Shown here: one piece after another, positions 11,223-22,071 of the stretch
How the letters are laid out: the number at the start of each line of letters is the position of its first letter
Numbering within the stretch: the first letter of the stretch is position 1
Source of the DNA: Bacteroidia bacterium
GTDB taxonomy: Bacteria > Bacteroidota > Bacteroidia > NS11-12g > UBA9320
DNA length: 64,000 nucleotides
Direction: 5' to 3'
Assembly (NCBI GenBank): GCA_965216465.1
Contig: CBDCFW010000004.1
Location: 128,001 to 192,000, forward strand
Notes under the pieces: generated by a model
What the model saw: the letters and a program-made list of their open reading frames with translations, nothing else
Told to the model about the DNA's origin: nothing
Database searches by the model: none
Program-made: the position numbers and the translations under genes

Positions 11223-14200
11223 ATGTCAAACAAAAAAGATATAAAAATAAAATCTAATTTTAAGAGACTTAGAATTGGTTTATCATCTCCTGAAGTTGTT
11301 TTGCAACGTTCATTTGGTGAGGTTACAAAGCCAGAAACCATAAACTACAGATCTTATAAGCCAGAAATGGGTGGATTATTCTGTGAAAGAATTTTTGGAC
11401 CTGTAAAGGATTATGAGTGTCACTGTGGTAAGTACAAAAGAATTAGATATAAAGGTATTGTTTGTGACAGATGTGGTGTTGAAGTTACCGAGAAGAAAGT
11501 AAGAAGAGAGCGTATGGGGCACATTGAACTTGTTGTTCCTATTGTTCATATTTGGTACTTCAAATCACTGCCTAATAAAATTGGTTACCTTATTGGTCTT
11601 CCTTCTAAGAAACTAGAAATGATTATTTACTACGAGAGATACGTAGTAATTCAATCAGGTGTTAAAGAAGCAGACGGAGTTAACTATTTGGATTTCTTAA
11701 CGGAAGAAGAATACTTAGACATCTTAGATTCTTTACCAAAAGAAAACCAGTATTTAGACGATTCTGATCCAAATAAATTCATCGCTAAAATGGGTGGTGA
11801 AGCAATTTGGGATCTTTTAGCTCGCTTAGATCTTGATGATCTATCATTTAGCTTAAGACACCAAGCTGCAAATGAGACTTCACAACAAAGAAAGAATGAA
11901 GCCCTAAAAAGACTTAACGTTATTGAAGGTTTCAGAGCTTCTACGAAAACAGGTGAAAATAAACCTGAGTGGATGATCATGAAGATGTTACCTGTTATTC
12001 CGCCAGAATTGAGACCATTGGTTCCATTAGATGGAGGAAGATTTGCAACATCTGACTTAAATGACCTTTATAGAAGAGTTATTATCAGAAACAATCGTTT
12101 GAAACGATTAATGGAAATCAAAGCTCCAGAGGTAATTCTTAGAAATGAGAAGAGAATGCTTCAAGAAGCTGTTGATTCACTACTTGATAATACAAGAAGA
12201 GCTAATGCAGTAAAAGCAAACGGTAATAGACCGCTTAAGTCTTTAAGTGATATGCTTAAAGGTAAGCAAGGTCGTTTCCGTCAGAATCTTCTTGGTAAGA
12301 GGGTTGATTACTCTGGTCGTTCTGTTATTGTAGTAGGACCTAACTTGAAATTACACGAGTGTGGTCTTCCTAAAGGAATGGCAGCTGAGCTTTTCAAACC
12401 ATTTATTATCAGAAAACTGATTGAAAGAGGAATCGTTAAAACGGTTAAATCTGCTAAGAAAATCGTTGATAAAAAAGAACCTGTAATCTGGGAAATATTG
12501 GAGAACATCTTGAAAGGACACCCAGTTCTTTTAAACAGAGCCCCAACGCTTCACAGACTAGGTATTCAAGCTTTCCAACCTAAACTTGTTGAAGGTAAAG
12601 CAATCAGACTTCACCCACTTGTTTGTACTGGATTTAACGCGGATTTCGACGGTGACCAGATGGCTGTTCACGTTCCTTTAGGAAATGCTGCTGTTCTTGA
12701 GGCACAAATCCTAATGCTTGCTTCTCATAATATCTTGAACCCTGCAAACGGTGCTCCAATTGCGGTACCATCGCAAGACATGGTTCTTGGTCTTTACTAC
12801 ATGACCAAAGAAAGAAGATCGACCAAAACTGAGAAAGTTGTTGGTGAAGGTCTAACTTTCTATGACTTTGAAGAAGTTGAAATTGCATACAACGAAGGAA
12901 GAGCTAGCTTAAATGCATGCATTAAAGTGAAAGCTCAAGTTAAAGAAGGTGATGAGCTTGTAACTAAATTAATCGACACTACTGTTGGTAGAGTAATCTT
13001 CAACCTAAATGTACCAGAAGAAATTGGTTTCATTAACACACTTCTTACTAAGAAATCGTTGAGAGACATTATCGGAAATATGATCAAAGAAGCAGGTGTT
13101 GCTAAAACAGCGAAGTTCTTAGATCAAATTAAAGATCTTGGTTTCTACTACGCATTTAGAGGAGGTCTTTCATTTAACATTTCTGATGTACTTGTTCCAA
13201 GTAAGAAAGACGAGTTAATTGAGAAAGCACGTGAAGAAGTTGCTGAGATTACCTTTAACTACGAAAACGGTTTCATTACGAATAATGAGAGATACAATCA
13301 GGTGATTGATATCTGGACTAGAATTAACTCGAGAGTAGCAGATGCGTTGCTTAAAGAGATTTCTAGTGATAACCAAGGATTTAACCCGATCTATATGATG
13401 CTTGACTCTGGAGCGAGGGGATCTAAAGAGCAGATTCGTCAGCTTGGAGGAATGAGGGGTCTGATGGCAAAACCACAAAAGAAAATCGGAGCCGGAGGTA
13501 CAGGTGAGATTATTGAGAATCCAATTCTTTCTAACTTTAGAGAAGGTCTATCGATTCTTGAGTACTTTATCTCTACTCACGGTGCTCGTAAAGGTCTTGC
13601 GGATACGGCACTTAAAACGGCCGATGCGGGTTACTTAACAAGAAGACTTCACGATGTAGCACAAGATGTGGTTGTAACCATGGAAGATTGTGATACGTTA
13701 AGAGGATTTGAAGTTAGAACCTTGAAAGAAGGTGATGAGATTATTGACAGCTTGTTTGATAGAATTGTTGGTAGATCTTCATTACTTGACATTCACCACC
13801 CAAAATCTGAAGAGCTAATTGTTGCTGCTGGTGACGAAATTACTGAAGACCTTGCTAAGGTTATTGAAGATGCAGGCATTGAGTCTGTTGAAATCAGATC
13901 AGTAATGACTTGTGAGTCTAAACGAGGTGTTTGTGCTAAGTGTTACGGACGTAACCTTGCAACTGGTAGACCTGTTCAAACAGGTGAGGCTGTTGGTGTA
14001 ATTGCAGCACAGTCAATCGGTGAGCCGGGTACACAGCTTACACTTAGAACATTCCACGTTGGGGGTACGGCTTCTAACATCGCTCAAGAATCTCAGTTAC
14101 TAGCGAAGTATGATAGCGTTATCGAATTTGATGAGGTTAAAACAGTTGCTGGTAAAGATTCTAACGGTGAAGATGTTCAAATCGTTGTTGGACGTTCTGG

Positions 14201-15542
14201 TGAGGTTAAACTTCTTGATCCAAAATCAAAAGAGGTTCAGGTTGTAAATAACATTCCTTACGGTTCGTACTTATACGTTAAAGAAAAAGCAAAAATCAAG
14301 AAAGACGATCTAATCTGTTCTTGGGATCCATATAACGCAGTTATCCTTTCTGACCTTGATGGTAAGGTTGAGTTTGTAGACCTTATTGAAGGTGTATCTT
14401 ACTCTGTTGAGATGGATGAGGCTACAGGATACAAAGAGAAGGTTGTTACAGATAGTCGTGATAAGAAAATCAACCCTGCAATTCACATTATCGGTAAGAA
14501 AGGTGAAATTCTAAAAGAATTGAACGTACCGGTAGGAGCTCACCTTGCTGTTGAAGCAGGTAAGAAGGTTGTTGCAGGAACGATTATCGCTAAAATTCCA
14601 AGAGTTGTTGGTAAAACAAGCGATATTACAGGGGGTCTTCCAAGGGTAACTGAGCTTTTTGAAGCACGTAACCCATCTAACCCTGCTGTAGTTTCTGAAA
14701 TCGATGGTGTTGTAACTTATGGAGGTATTAAGAGAGGTAATAGAGAGGTTACTATCGAATCAAAAGAAGGAATCTCTAAGAAGTATCTAATTTCTCTTTC
14801 TAAGCACATCCTTGTTCAGGATGGTGACTTTGTTAGAGCAGGTACTCCTCTATCTGATGGAGCGATTACACCGCAAGATATTTTAGCTATTGAAGGTATC
14901 AGTGCAGTTCAAAACTACATCGTGAATGGTATTCAAGAGGTTTACCGTTTACAAGGTGTAAAGATTAATGATAAGCACATCGAGGTTATTATTAAGCAAA
15001 TGATGCAGAAAGTAACTGTAATAGAACCAGGAGATACTAAATTCTTAGAAGGTGCTTCTGTAAACAAAATCGACTTTAAAGAAGAGAACGATAACCTTTA
15101 CGACAAACGAGTAGTTACCGATGCGGGTGATTCAAATGACGTAAAAGCTGGTCAAATTTTAAGTCTTAGAAAACTAAGAGATCTTAACTCATCTCTTAAA
15201 CGAAAAGACATGAAACCAATCGAAGTTAGAGAAGCACTTAGTGCAACTTCTGGTCCATTGTTAATGGGTATTACCAAAGCTTCGTTAGGTACATACAGCT
15301 TTATGTCTGCTGCTTCATTCCAGGAGACTACTAAAGTGTTAAACGAAGCTGCAATTGCAGGTAAGGTTGACGAAATGCTTGGTCTTAAGGAAAACGTTAT
15401 CGTTGGACACTTAATTCCTGCAGGTACAGGTCACAGAGCCTACGAAAACTTGGTAGTTGGATCACAAGAAGAGTTCGATCTACTTCAAGCTGCTAAGGAA
15501 GAACAAGTAGAAGCGGACAACGAAGTTGAAGCTTCAAACTAA
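11223..15542 (+). CDS. rpoC: RNA polymerase beta' subunit
   Basis: NADFDGDQM active site; zinc motifs CHCGKY..CDRC; [11 protein letters not shown]. Confidence 0.99.
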   Translation: MSNKKDIKIKSNFKRLRIGLSSPEVVLQRSFGEVTKPETINYRSYKPEMGGLFCERIFGPVKDYECHCGKYKRIRYKGIVCDRCGVEVTEKKVRRERMGHIELVVPIVHIWYFKSLPNKIGYLIGLPSKKLEMIIYYERYVVIQSGVKEADGVNYLDFLTEEEYLDILDSLPKENQYLDDSDPNKFIAKMGGEAIWDLLARLDLDDLSFSLRHQAANETSQQRKNEALKRLNVIEGFRASTKTGENKPEWMIMKMLPVIPPELRPLVPLDGGRFATSDLNDLYRRVIIRNNRLKRLMEIKAPEVILRNEKRMLQEAVDSLLDNTRRANAVKANGNRPLKSLSDMLKGKQGRFRQNLLGKRVDYSGRSVIVVGPNLKLHECGLPKGMAAELFKPFIIRKLIERGIVKTVKSAKKIVDKKEPVIWEILENILKGHPVLLNRAPTLHRLGIQAFQPKLVEGKAIRLHPLVCTGFNADFDGDQMAVHVPLGNAAVLEAQILMLASHNILNPANGAPIAVPSQDMVLGLYYMTKERRSTKTEKVVGEGLTFYDFEEVEIAYNEGRASLNACIKVKAQVKEGDELVTKLIDTTVGRVIFNLNVPEEIGFINTLLTKKSLRDIIGNMIKEAGVAKTAKFLDQIKDLGFYYAFRGGLSFNISDVLVPSKKDELIEKAREEVAEITFNYENGFITNNERYNQVIDIWTRINSRVADALLKEISSDNQGFNPIYMMLDSGARGSKEQIRQLGGMRGLMAKPQKKIGAGGTGEIIENPILSNFREGLSILEYFISTHGARKGLADTALKTADAGYLTRRLHDVAQDVVVTMEDCDTLRGFEVRTLKEGDEIIDSLFDRIVGRSSLLDIHHPKSEELIVAAGDEITEDLAKVIEDAGIESVEIRSVMTCESKRGVCAKCYGRNLATGRPVQTGEAVGVIAAQSIGEPGTQLTLRTFHVGGTASNIAQESQLLAKYDSVIEFDEVKTVAGKDSNGEDVQIVVGRSGEVKLLDPKSKEVQVVNNIPYGSYLYVKEKAKIKKDDLICSWDPYNAVILSDLDGKVEFVDLIEGVSYSVEMDEATGYKEKVVTDSRDKKINPAIHIIGKKGEILKELNVPVGAHLAVEAGKKVVAGTIIAKIPRVVGKTSDITGGLPRVTELFEARNPSNPAVVSEIDGVVTYGGIKRGNREVTIESKEGISKKYLISLSKHILVQDGDFVRAGTPLSDGAITPQDILAIEGISAVQNYIVNGIQEVYRLQGVKINDKHIEVIIKQMMQKVTVIEPGDTKFLEGASVNKIDFKEENDNLYDKRVVTDAGDSNDVKAGQILSLRKLRDLNSSLKRKDMKPIEVREALSATSGPLLMGITKASLGTYSFMSAASFQETTKVLNEAAIAGKVDEMLGLKENVIVGHLIPAGTGHRAYENLVVGSQEEFDLLQAAKEEQVEADNEVEASN

Positions 15543-15565
15543 GCAGATTATAATTTGTTAAATAT

Positions 15566-15599
15566 AAAGAGCGGCTAATTTGTTAGCCGCTCTTTTTTT
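15566..15599 (+). terminator. Intrinsic terminator after rpoC
   Basis: AAAGAGCGGCTAA-TTTG-TTAGCCGCTCTTT followed by a T run. Confidence 0.9.
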
Positions 15600-15612
15600 A
15601 TACATTTGAATT

Positions 15613-15930
15613 ATGGCAGAACAACCTAAACAAGAAAACCAAATTGACATTGAATTGGCTGAAGATGTGGCCGATGGTATTTATAGTAACCTAGCAATTA
15701 TCTCACATTCTAACTCTGAGTTTGTAATAGACTTTATTCGCATGCTACCAGGCATTCCTAAGGCCAAGGTAAAGAGCAGAATAATTTTAAGCCCACAACA
15801 CGCTAAGCGTTTGCAAATGGCTCTTACCGATAACATCAATAAGTTCGAGAGTATGTTTGGCGAAATTGAAATGCAGGAGAGTGCTCCTCAGTTTCCGCCT
15901 ATGAATTTTGGGCCTACTGGGGAAGCTTAA
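15613..15930 (+). CDS. DUF3467 family protein
   Basis: GIYSNLAIISHSNSEFVIDF and SRIILSPQHAKRL; commonly follows rpoC in Bacteroidota. TACATTTG at 15601-15608. Confidence 0.88.
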   Translation: MAEQPKQENQIDIELAEDVADGIYSNLAIISHSNSEFVIDFIRMLPGIPKAKVKSRIILSPQHAKRLQMALTDNINKFESMFGEIEMQESAPQFPPMNFGPTGEA

Positions 15931-16450
15931 TTCCGTCTAAAACTTCTGTAACCAATTTGGTTAACCTAATAAATTCAGGTTCAACCTCATATAGTCGTTT
16001 TTTAACGTCTTTGCTTTTGTCGATTAACGCAAGAACGTCTTCTTTCTCTTTAGAAAAATGTGTCTTGAATTCTTGCTTGCCAATTGCACCATTCACAAAA
16101 TCTTCTTTTAAATTGCTTAGTTGAGTTTCGAGTTCTAATTGCTCTTTTACACAAAACTTATAGCTTTTCATTTGCCCTTCGTAAATCTTTCGCAATGCTT
16201 TGTATTTGTCGATCTGCATACCTAACTCTAATGTTAATGTATCGGTGTAGTTTTTCCTGAAAAAAGTGAGATCTTGGTTGATGGCATTCACTCGATCTTC
16301 AAATATGCTGATGTCTATTTGCAACGTTGTTGCGTTCGCTCCGAGAGCCGTTTGTAGTTTCTCAATCTCAACTACTTCAACAGAATTTTGCCTTCCACAT
16401 GAGTGAAATAGTGTCGCTGCAAGTGCTATTACAAATAAATAGGGTTTCAT
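15914..16450 (-). CDS. Hypothetical coiled-coil lipoprotein
   Basis: Signal MKPYLFVIALAATLFHSC with lipobox Cys, followed by a helical charged body. Confidence 0.7.
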   Translation of the reverse strand: MKPYLFVIALAATLFHSCGRQNSVEVVEIEKLQTALGANATTLQIDISIFEDRVNAINQDLTFFRKNYTDTLTLELGMQIDKYKALRKIYEGQMKSYKFCVKEQLELETQLSNLKEDFVNGAIGKQEFKTHFSKEKEDVLALIDKSKDVKKRLYEVEPEFIRLTKLVTEVLDGIKLPQ

Positions 16451-16476
16451 TAATTTCTAATTAAATTTGTGTCTTA

Positions 16477-17739
16477 GTGGCAAATAAAACCAAAAATATA
16501 AAGCGCTATATTTTTTTAAAAGATGTTTTTGTAATTGCCTTAAGTGCATATGGCGGTCCCAACATGCATATGGCTCTCTATCAGAAACGTTTGGTTGAGG
16601 ATAAGCAATATCTCACCAACGATGAGTTAATGGAACTTTATTCGTTGTGTCAAATGCTACCTGGTCCATCCTCCACCCAAACATTAACCAGTATAGGATA
16701 CAAGTTTGGAGGCCCTTTTCTTGCATTTTTAACACTTCTTGTTTGGATATTGCCTGCATTTATTTTGTTAACGCTAACAGCAATATTTATTGGTAACTTT
16801 AGCGAAAAGATGCTGGAGTACTTGCGATTTGTTCAGCCTGTAGCTGTTGCTTTCATAATGGTTGCCGGAGTAAAGATGCTGCAGAAATCAGTTAAGAATA
16901 GACAAGGATATTTATTGGCTGCTATGGCCTTTATTTTTGCCGCATTATTGCGTCATCCTCTAGAAGAATATGTTCGGACTCCTTGGATATTTCCAGCTGT
17001 ACTTTTAGCTGGTGGTCTTTTCTCGTACTTTGACTTCAAAGGGAAGACAGAACCTTATGAACCTATCAAACTTAAGATTCCTTGGAAATACCTAATAGCC
17101 TTTGGTGTAATCTTTTTAACTGCCGGAATTTTAGGTGCATACTATGACAATCGTATAGTGTTATTGTTTGAGAACTGTTACCGTTTCGGTAGCTTGGTTT
17201 TTGGCGGAGGTAATGTGCTTATACCCATGATGCTTGAGCAGTTTGTAAATCACAATGCATATATGAGCTCTCAAGAGTTTATCAATGGGGTAGGGCTAGT
17301 TCAAGCAATTCCAGGACCGATATTCACCATTGCAAGCTATACGGGTGCTACATCGATGCAAGAATTCGGTGTTTTAGGTCAGATTTTTGGAAGCTTTAGC
17401 AGCACCGTCGGAATTTTCTTGCCGGGATCTCTCCTCATCTTTTTTGTGTACCCGATTTGGAAGCAGATTAAGAGCCATCCTCTAGTCGTTAAAGCACTAC
17501 CTGGAGTTATTGCAGCTTCTTGTGGACTGGTAATCGCCGCAGGATATTTGATGTTTCTTCCTGTTGGATTAAACTGGATAGAAGAAGGAAATTTCTACTA
17601 CACCAACTTGAACAGTTTAGACGCCATTAACTATTTGGAAATCATCATTATCATGAACGTAAGCTTCTTGTTGTTTAAAACAAAGATTAAATCGCCTTGG
17701 TATATTATCGTTGCGATTCTTTGTGGTGTAATATTCTAA
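16477..17739 (+). CDS. chrA: Chromate ion transporter (CHR family, long form)
   Basis: Two homologous halves: AYGGP..CQMLPGPSSTQ and VFGGGNV..QAIPGP; many TM segments. GTG start. Confidence 0.88.
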   Translation: MANKTKNIKRYIFLKDVFVIALSAYGGPNMHMALYQKRLVEDKQYLTNDELMELYSLCQMLPGPSSTQTLTSIGYKFGGPFLAFLTLLVWILPAFILLTLTAIFIGNFSEKMLEYLRFVQPVAVAFIMVAGVKMLQKSVKNRQGYLLAAMAFIFAALLRHPLEEYVRTPWIFPAVLLAGGLFSYFDFKGKTEPYEPIKLKIPWKYLIAFGVIFLTAGILGAYYDNRIVLLFENCYRFGSLVFGGGNVLIPMMLEQFVNHNAYMSSQEFINGVGLVQAIPGPIFTIASYTGATSMQEFGVLGQIFGSFSSTVGIFLPGSLLIFFVYPIWKQIKSHPLVVKALPGVIAASCGLVIAAGYLMFLPVGLNWIEEGNFYYTNLNSLDAINYLEIIIIMNVSFLLFKTKIKSPWYIIVAILCGVIF

Positions 17740-17797
17740 CGATTTTATGCTTTAAATTGCTAATTTAGTAGTTCAAAACTCCTGAATTATTTTTAGC

Positions 17798-20700
17798 ATG
17801 AACAAACTCCTTACACAACTATTTTCAATAGCTCTTATTACAATGCTTAGTGCTCTTTCAGTAAAAGCATTTGGTCAAAGTCCATTGTCTGGAACTTATA
17901 CTGTAGGAAGTGATTTAAGCGACAATTTTAGTACAATTACCGACGCAGTTGATTCACTTGAGTCAGATGGGGTTAATGGAGCCGTTGTCATACAAATTGA
18001 TTCAGGTCTTTTTGTTGAGCAGATTGAAATCGGAGCAATACCAGGAGCCAGTAGTTCAAATACAATCACATTTAAAGGAGCTGGTGTTACAAAAACGACT
18101 GTGAGATATTCGCCCACAACATCCAATAGAACAATTTTTAGTTTGAGTAATGCAAGCCATCTAATATTTGATAGCCTAAAAGTACAGGCAGTGGGCACCT
18201 ATGGAATTTGTTTCAACCTAAGAAATAATACCGACACGATAACAATTAAGAATTGCCTAATGGTGTTGTCAAACTCGGGATCTACAGCTAAAGGTCATGG
18301 TGTAGCCAATTATGCTGCAAATGATGGAACAGGCTCATCTACAGTAGATAATATAACCATTCAAGATAATGAAATAATTAGAGGATATGAGAGTGTTAGA
18401 ATTATCGGAAATTCTTCAGCCTCAAATACCTTGCTCATCACACGAAATAGATTTACATCATTTGGGTATGCTGGTGTTAATGCCTCGGGTACAGTTGATG
18501 CAGAGATAAGTTACAACTATGCACAAACCGCGGTAAGCTCGGCTCGTTTTGCAATTAACATGTGGCCTACAGGACATTCAATTTCAATCATAGGAAATAA
18601 TGTTCATGTTTCAAGCAATGTAAATCACACCAGAGTTATTCAAGTAGCCAGTGCTCCTGGGGCAGGTGGGTCTTCATGGTCACAAGAAATTTTGGTGGCG
18701 AACAACATGGTTATCTATGATGGAAGTTATGCAAATAACATGACAGGTATTTACACAAAACATGTAAACTACATCAAGTTTTATAACAATACAGTGCATA
18801 TGGAGAAAGGCAGCGGAGCGAAGTGTTTATGGTTAGATGCATTGAGTAATACAGGTGCCATTGACGTCAAAAACAACAACCTAAGCAGCGTTACCAACGG
18901 CCAGGTTTTTAGAGTTCACAATTTGGTATCTACAACAACCAATTACAATAATTTTTACAATACCTCTGGCTTAGTAATAAATTGGAAAGGAACCAATTAT
19001 TCAACGCTTTCTTCATATAACAATGCTACCTCTCAAGGAGCAAACTCAGTGAGCATAGATCCTAAGTTCTTAGGGCCAACTGATTTGCACATAGACACGA
19101 CCAATGTAACATTTAATGGTAGAGGCACTCCAGTGTCTGCTGTTACTGTTGATATTGATGGAGATACCCGAAATGCTACAAATCCTGATATTGGAGCTGA
19201 TGAGTTTACCACAGGTGCTGATATCGAATTGTTGTCAATTGAATCTCCATACGATTGTCATAGAGCGAACATTAGTGTCTTTCTAAGGGTGTGGATTAAG
19301 AATGTTGGAACAAGCCCAATATCCAATATTCCATTAACATTTAAAATTGGTGGAGGAGCAACGGTCACAAGCAACTACCTTGGAACAATTGCACCAGGTG
19401 ATTCAGCTTTACACGGCTTTAGTCAAACAGCAAACATGTCTACCCCAGGAACATATCAACTAACGGCTTATCACACCTTTGCAGGTGATGAAGACAAGTC
19501 AAATGACACTGTTTCAATGAGCGTATCGCTCACGGCATTGTGGGCTAATAAAATTGACTCTGTAGGAGGTTGTTCAGGAGATAATATAATTGTTGACCCA
19601 GAAGCACCAACAGCAACTTCGTATTTGTGGTCGGATAATTCTACTGGATCAACGAATAGCTTTAATGTTACAAATGCCGGAATGGGCAGGTCTGTTCATT
19701 GGGTTGAGATGGAAGATGCATTTGGATGTAAAGTAAGAGATTCATTTACTGTTGTAATATCGGTTCCTCCTGCGTTCAATTTAGGAAATGACACATCACT
19801 TTGTGAAGGAGATACAATGCTCTTGGATGTGTCTGGTTCAGGCACTAATTATACATGGCAAAATGGAAGCTCCGCTGATACATTTAAGGTAAACGCAGGC
19901 GGTCAATATAGAGTGGAAGTGACAGGAGGATATCAGTGCTCTGTTGCCGATTCAATTATGGTAGTGTACAACAACAATCCAATAGTTAACCTTGGAGATT
20001 CAATTACCATCTGTGATGGAGACGAATATAAATTTAGCCCGGGGGTGGAATTTGCAACATACTTGTGGCAAGATCAGTCGGTTGATTCTGTTTTTATCGC
20101 TTCTGTACAAGGAACCTATAGTGTTTCAGTCGTAGATATCAATGGATGTTCTGCTGGAGATTCTGCACTTTTAATTGTTAATGCATCGCCTTTTGTTGAC
20201 CTAGGACCGGATACTGTTCGATGCGGTGAAACAATCTTAAGAATTGATGCTACCACAGCAGGATCCACTTATAAATGGCAAAATGGTTATACCGGAAATT
20301 CATATCCTGTGTCATCAGAAGGAACTTACTGGGTTACAGTAACAAATGGATTAAATTGTTCTTACACAGACACCATAGTGGTTACAGATCATGACATACC
20401 CGTTGTTAATTTGGGAGCAGATACCACACTGTGTGAAGGCGATCAAATGTTACTAGATGCTACCATCGATGGAGCAAGTTACCTTTGGCAAGATCACAGC
20501 ACAGAATCAACCTTTAACGTATCAGCGGCTGGAGAGTATAAGGTGGAAGTAAAGAGTCAAGACGGTTGTACAAACAGCGACACCATTGAAATAATGATGA
20601 ACCCTACGCCTCAATTTGATTTAGGTAGGGATACGATAATTGGATTTAAGAAGATTCAAGAAACACCACTAACATTAGAAGTTCCTGCAGGGTACGATGC

Positions 20701-21115
20701 ATACATCTGGTCTAATGGTAAAACGAGCAATTCAATCGTTATTGATGAATCAATTTCGCTGGGAGAACATACTTACTTTGTAGCAGTGACCAATGAGTTT
20801 GGCTGCCAAGGTTATGACACTATAATAGTTGAAATTTACAACGATGCCAGTGTGTCGTCTTATCCCAATGCTGAAATAAACGTTTATCCTAATCCAGCAC
20901 AATCCTCCATCACTCTAAAAGCAGAAGGAGTAAATGAGAATCTTCGCATGGAAATTCTTGATTTAAGAGGTCGATTGGTGATTCAACAAGATTTAACAGT
21001 TCACCATAACACGATTAAAGAACAAGTTGATATCAGCAAGTTAGCAAAAGGAAATTATATAGTTCGCTTACTTGGAGAGCAAGGAGTTTGGAACTCAAAA
21101 CTGAATAAGTATTGA
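17798..21115 (+). CDS. T9SS type-A cargo: parallel beta-helix region, CARDB-like domain, 70-aa repeats, CTD
   Basis: Sec signal; LSGTYTVG; Asn-rich turns; DIDGDTR..PDIGADEF; IKNVG; C-terminal INVYPNP...GNYIVRL. Confidence 0.85.
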   Translation: MNKLLTQLFSIALITMLSALSVKAFGQSPLSGTYTVGSDLSDNFSTITDAVDSLESDGVNGAVVIQIDSGLFVEQIEIGAIPGASSSNTITFKGAGVTKTTVRYSPTTSNRTIFSLSNASHLIFDSLKVQAVGTYGICFNLRNNTDTITIKNCLMVLSNSGSTAKGHGVANYAANDGTGSSTVDNITIQDNEIIRGYESVRIIGNSSASNTLLITRNRFTSFGYAGVNASGTVDAEISYNYAQTAVSSARFAINMWPTGHSISIIGNNVHVSSNVNHTRVIQVASAPGAGGSSWSQEILVANNMVIYDGSYANNMTGIYTKHVNYIKFYNNTVHMEKGSGAKCLWLDALSNTGAIDVKNNNLSSVTNGQVFRVHNLVSTTTNYNNFYNTSGLVINWKGTNYSTLSSYNNATSQGANSVSIDPKFLGPTDLHIDTTNVTFNGRGTPVSAVTVDIDGDTRNATNPDIGADEFTTGADIELLSIESPYDCHRANISVFLRVWIKNVGTSPISNIPLTFKIGGGATVTSNYLGTIAPGDSALHGFSQTANMSTPGTYQLTAYHTFAGDEDKSNDTVSMSVSLTALWANKIDSVGGCSGDNIIVDPEAPTATSYLWSDNSTGSTNSFNVTNAGMGRSVHWVEMEDAFGCKVRDSFTVVISVPPAFNLGNDTSLCEGDTMLLDVSGSGTNYTWQNGSSADTFKVNAGGQYRVEVTGGYQCSVADSIMVVYNNNPIVNLGDSITICDGDEYKFSPGVEFATYLWQDQSVDSVFIASVQGTYSVSVVDINGCSAGDSALLIVNASPFVDLGPDTVRCGETILRIDATTAGSTYKWQNGYTGNSYPVSSEGTYWVTVTNGLNCSYTDTIVVTDHDIPVVNLGADTTLCEGDQMLLDATIDGASYLWQDHSTESTFNVSAAGEYKVEVKSQDGCTNSDTIEIMMNPTPQFDLGRDTIIGFKKIQETPLTLEVPAGYDAYIWSNGKTSNSIVIDESISLGEHTYFVAVTNEFGCQGYDTIIVEIYNDASVSSYPNAEINVYPNPAQSSITLKAEGVNENLRMEILDLRGRLVIQQDLTVHHNTIKEQVDISKLAKGNYIVRLLGEQGVWNSKLNKY
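19775..20824 (+). repeat. Five tandem 210-bp (70-aa) degenerate coding repeats
   Basis: (F/V)(N/D)LGxD units start at 19775, 19985, 20195, 20405 and 20615, each with YxW(Q/S)xG/S and C..D(S/T)I; a more diverged unit precedes them near 19544. Confidence 0.85.
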
Positions 21116-21124
21116 AATATTAAC

Positions 21125-21156
21125 AAAAAAAAGGGACTCATTAGAGTCCCTTTTTT
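21125..21156. terminator. Bidirectional intrinsic terminator
   Basis: A8-GGGACTC-ATTA-GAGTCCC-T6 between convergent genes. Confidence 0.9.
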
Positions 21157-21173
21157 ATTCATTTAAATTTCGT

Positions 21174-22052
21174 TTAGCTTACACCGTCTCGTTCAACGCT
21201 TCGATCAATTTTTACAATCATTCCTTGCAAAGCTTTACCTGGTCCTACTTCGGTAAATCCGGTAGCACCATCAGCAATCATATTTTGAACAGATTGAGTC
21301 CATTTCACTGAAGAAGTAAGTTGAGCAATAAGATTTGACTTTATTGTTTCAGGATCAGTTTCTGCTTTGGTAGAAACATTTTGATAAACTGGGCAGCTTG
21401 GCGTGTTGAATGTTGTTTGCTCTATGGCTGCTGCAAGCTCTTCTCTGGCTGGTTCCATCAATGGTGAGTGGAATGCACCCCCAACAGGCAATTTAAGTGC
21501 TCTGCGGGCTCCTTTTTCCGTTAAAATCTCACAAGCCTTGTCGATTCCAGCATTGCTACCAGAGATAACAAGCTGACCAGGGCAGTTGTAATTTGCAGCT
21601 ACCACAACCTCATCATCAATTGAAGCACATACTTCTTCAACAACTTCATCATCCAAACCGATAATAGCGGCCATAGTACTTGGGTTGATCTCACAAGCTT
21701 TTTGCATGGCCTGAGCTCGAATTGATACAAGCTTTAGACCATCTTCAAAACTCAAAGTGTTATTAGCAACTAGAGCTGAAATCTCACCCAAACTGTGACC
21801 TGCAACCATGTCAGGATTAAAATTGTCTAAAGTTTTGGCTAAAATCACGGAGTGAAGAAACACAGCTGGCTGGGTAATTTTTGTTTGTTTTAATCCTTCA
21901 GCTGTTCCTTCAAACATTTCTGAAGTGATATCGAAACCTAAAATTTCATTGGCTTGGTTAAAAAGTGTTTTTGCAGTTTCATTGCTTTCGTAAAGCTCTT
22001 TTCCCATTCCTACAAACTGAGCGCCTTGCCCAGGAAATACATATGCTTTCAT
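21174..22052 (-). CDS. fabD: Malonyl-CoA:ACP transacylase
   Basis: FPGQGAQ, GHSLGE, GAFHS, EVGPGK. Confidence 0.97.
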   Translation of the reverse strand: MKAYVFPGQGAQFVGMGKELYESNETAKTLFNQANEILGFDITSEMFEGTAEGLKQTKITQPAVFLHSVILAKTLDNFNPDMVAGHSLGEISALVANNTLSFEDGLKLVSIRAQAMQKACEINPSTMAAIIGLDDEVVEEVCASIDDEVVVAANYNCPGQLVISGSNAGIDKACEILTEKGARRALKLPVGGAFHSPLMEPAREELAAAIEQTTFNTPSCPVYQNVSTKAETDPETIKSNLIAQLTSSVKWTQSVQNMIADGATGFTEVGPGKALQGMIVKIDRSVERDGVS

Positions 22053-22071
22053 GTTTATTATTTTTGGTTTT

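Noticed and set aside
3619-13478. Long antisense ORFs over tuf, rplA, rpoB and rpoC (e.g. 3619-4050, 9648-10181)
   Set aside because: Shadow frames produced by codon bias in highly expressed genes; Ser/Leu/Ile-rich with no recognisable motifs.
16477-17739. chrA as part of a metal-resistance island
   Set aside because: Stand-alone CHR gene with no chrB, other resistance genes or mobility genes nearby.
19775-20824. Periodic sequence as a CRISPR array or DNA repeat element
   Set aside because: Periodicity is at protein level (210 bp, degenerate DNA); no identical short repeats and no cas genes.
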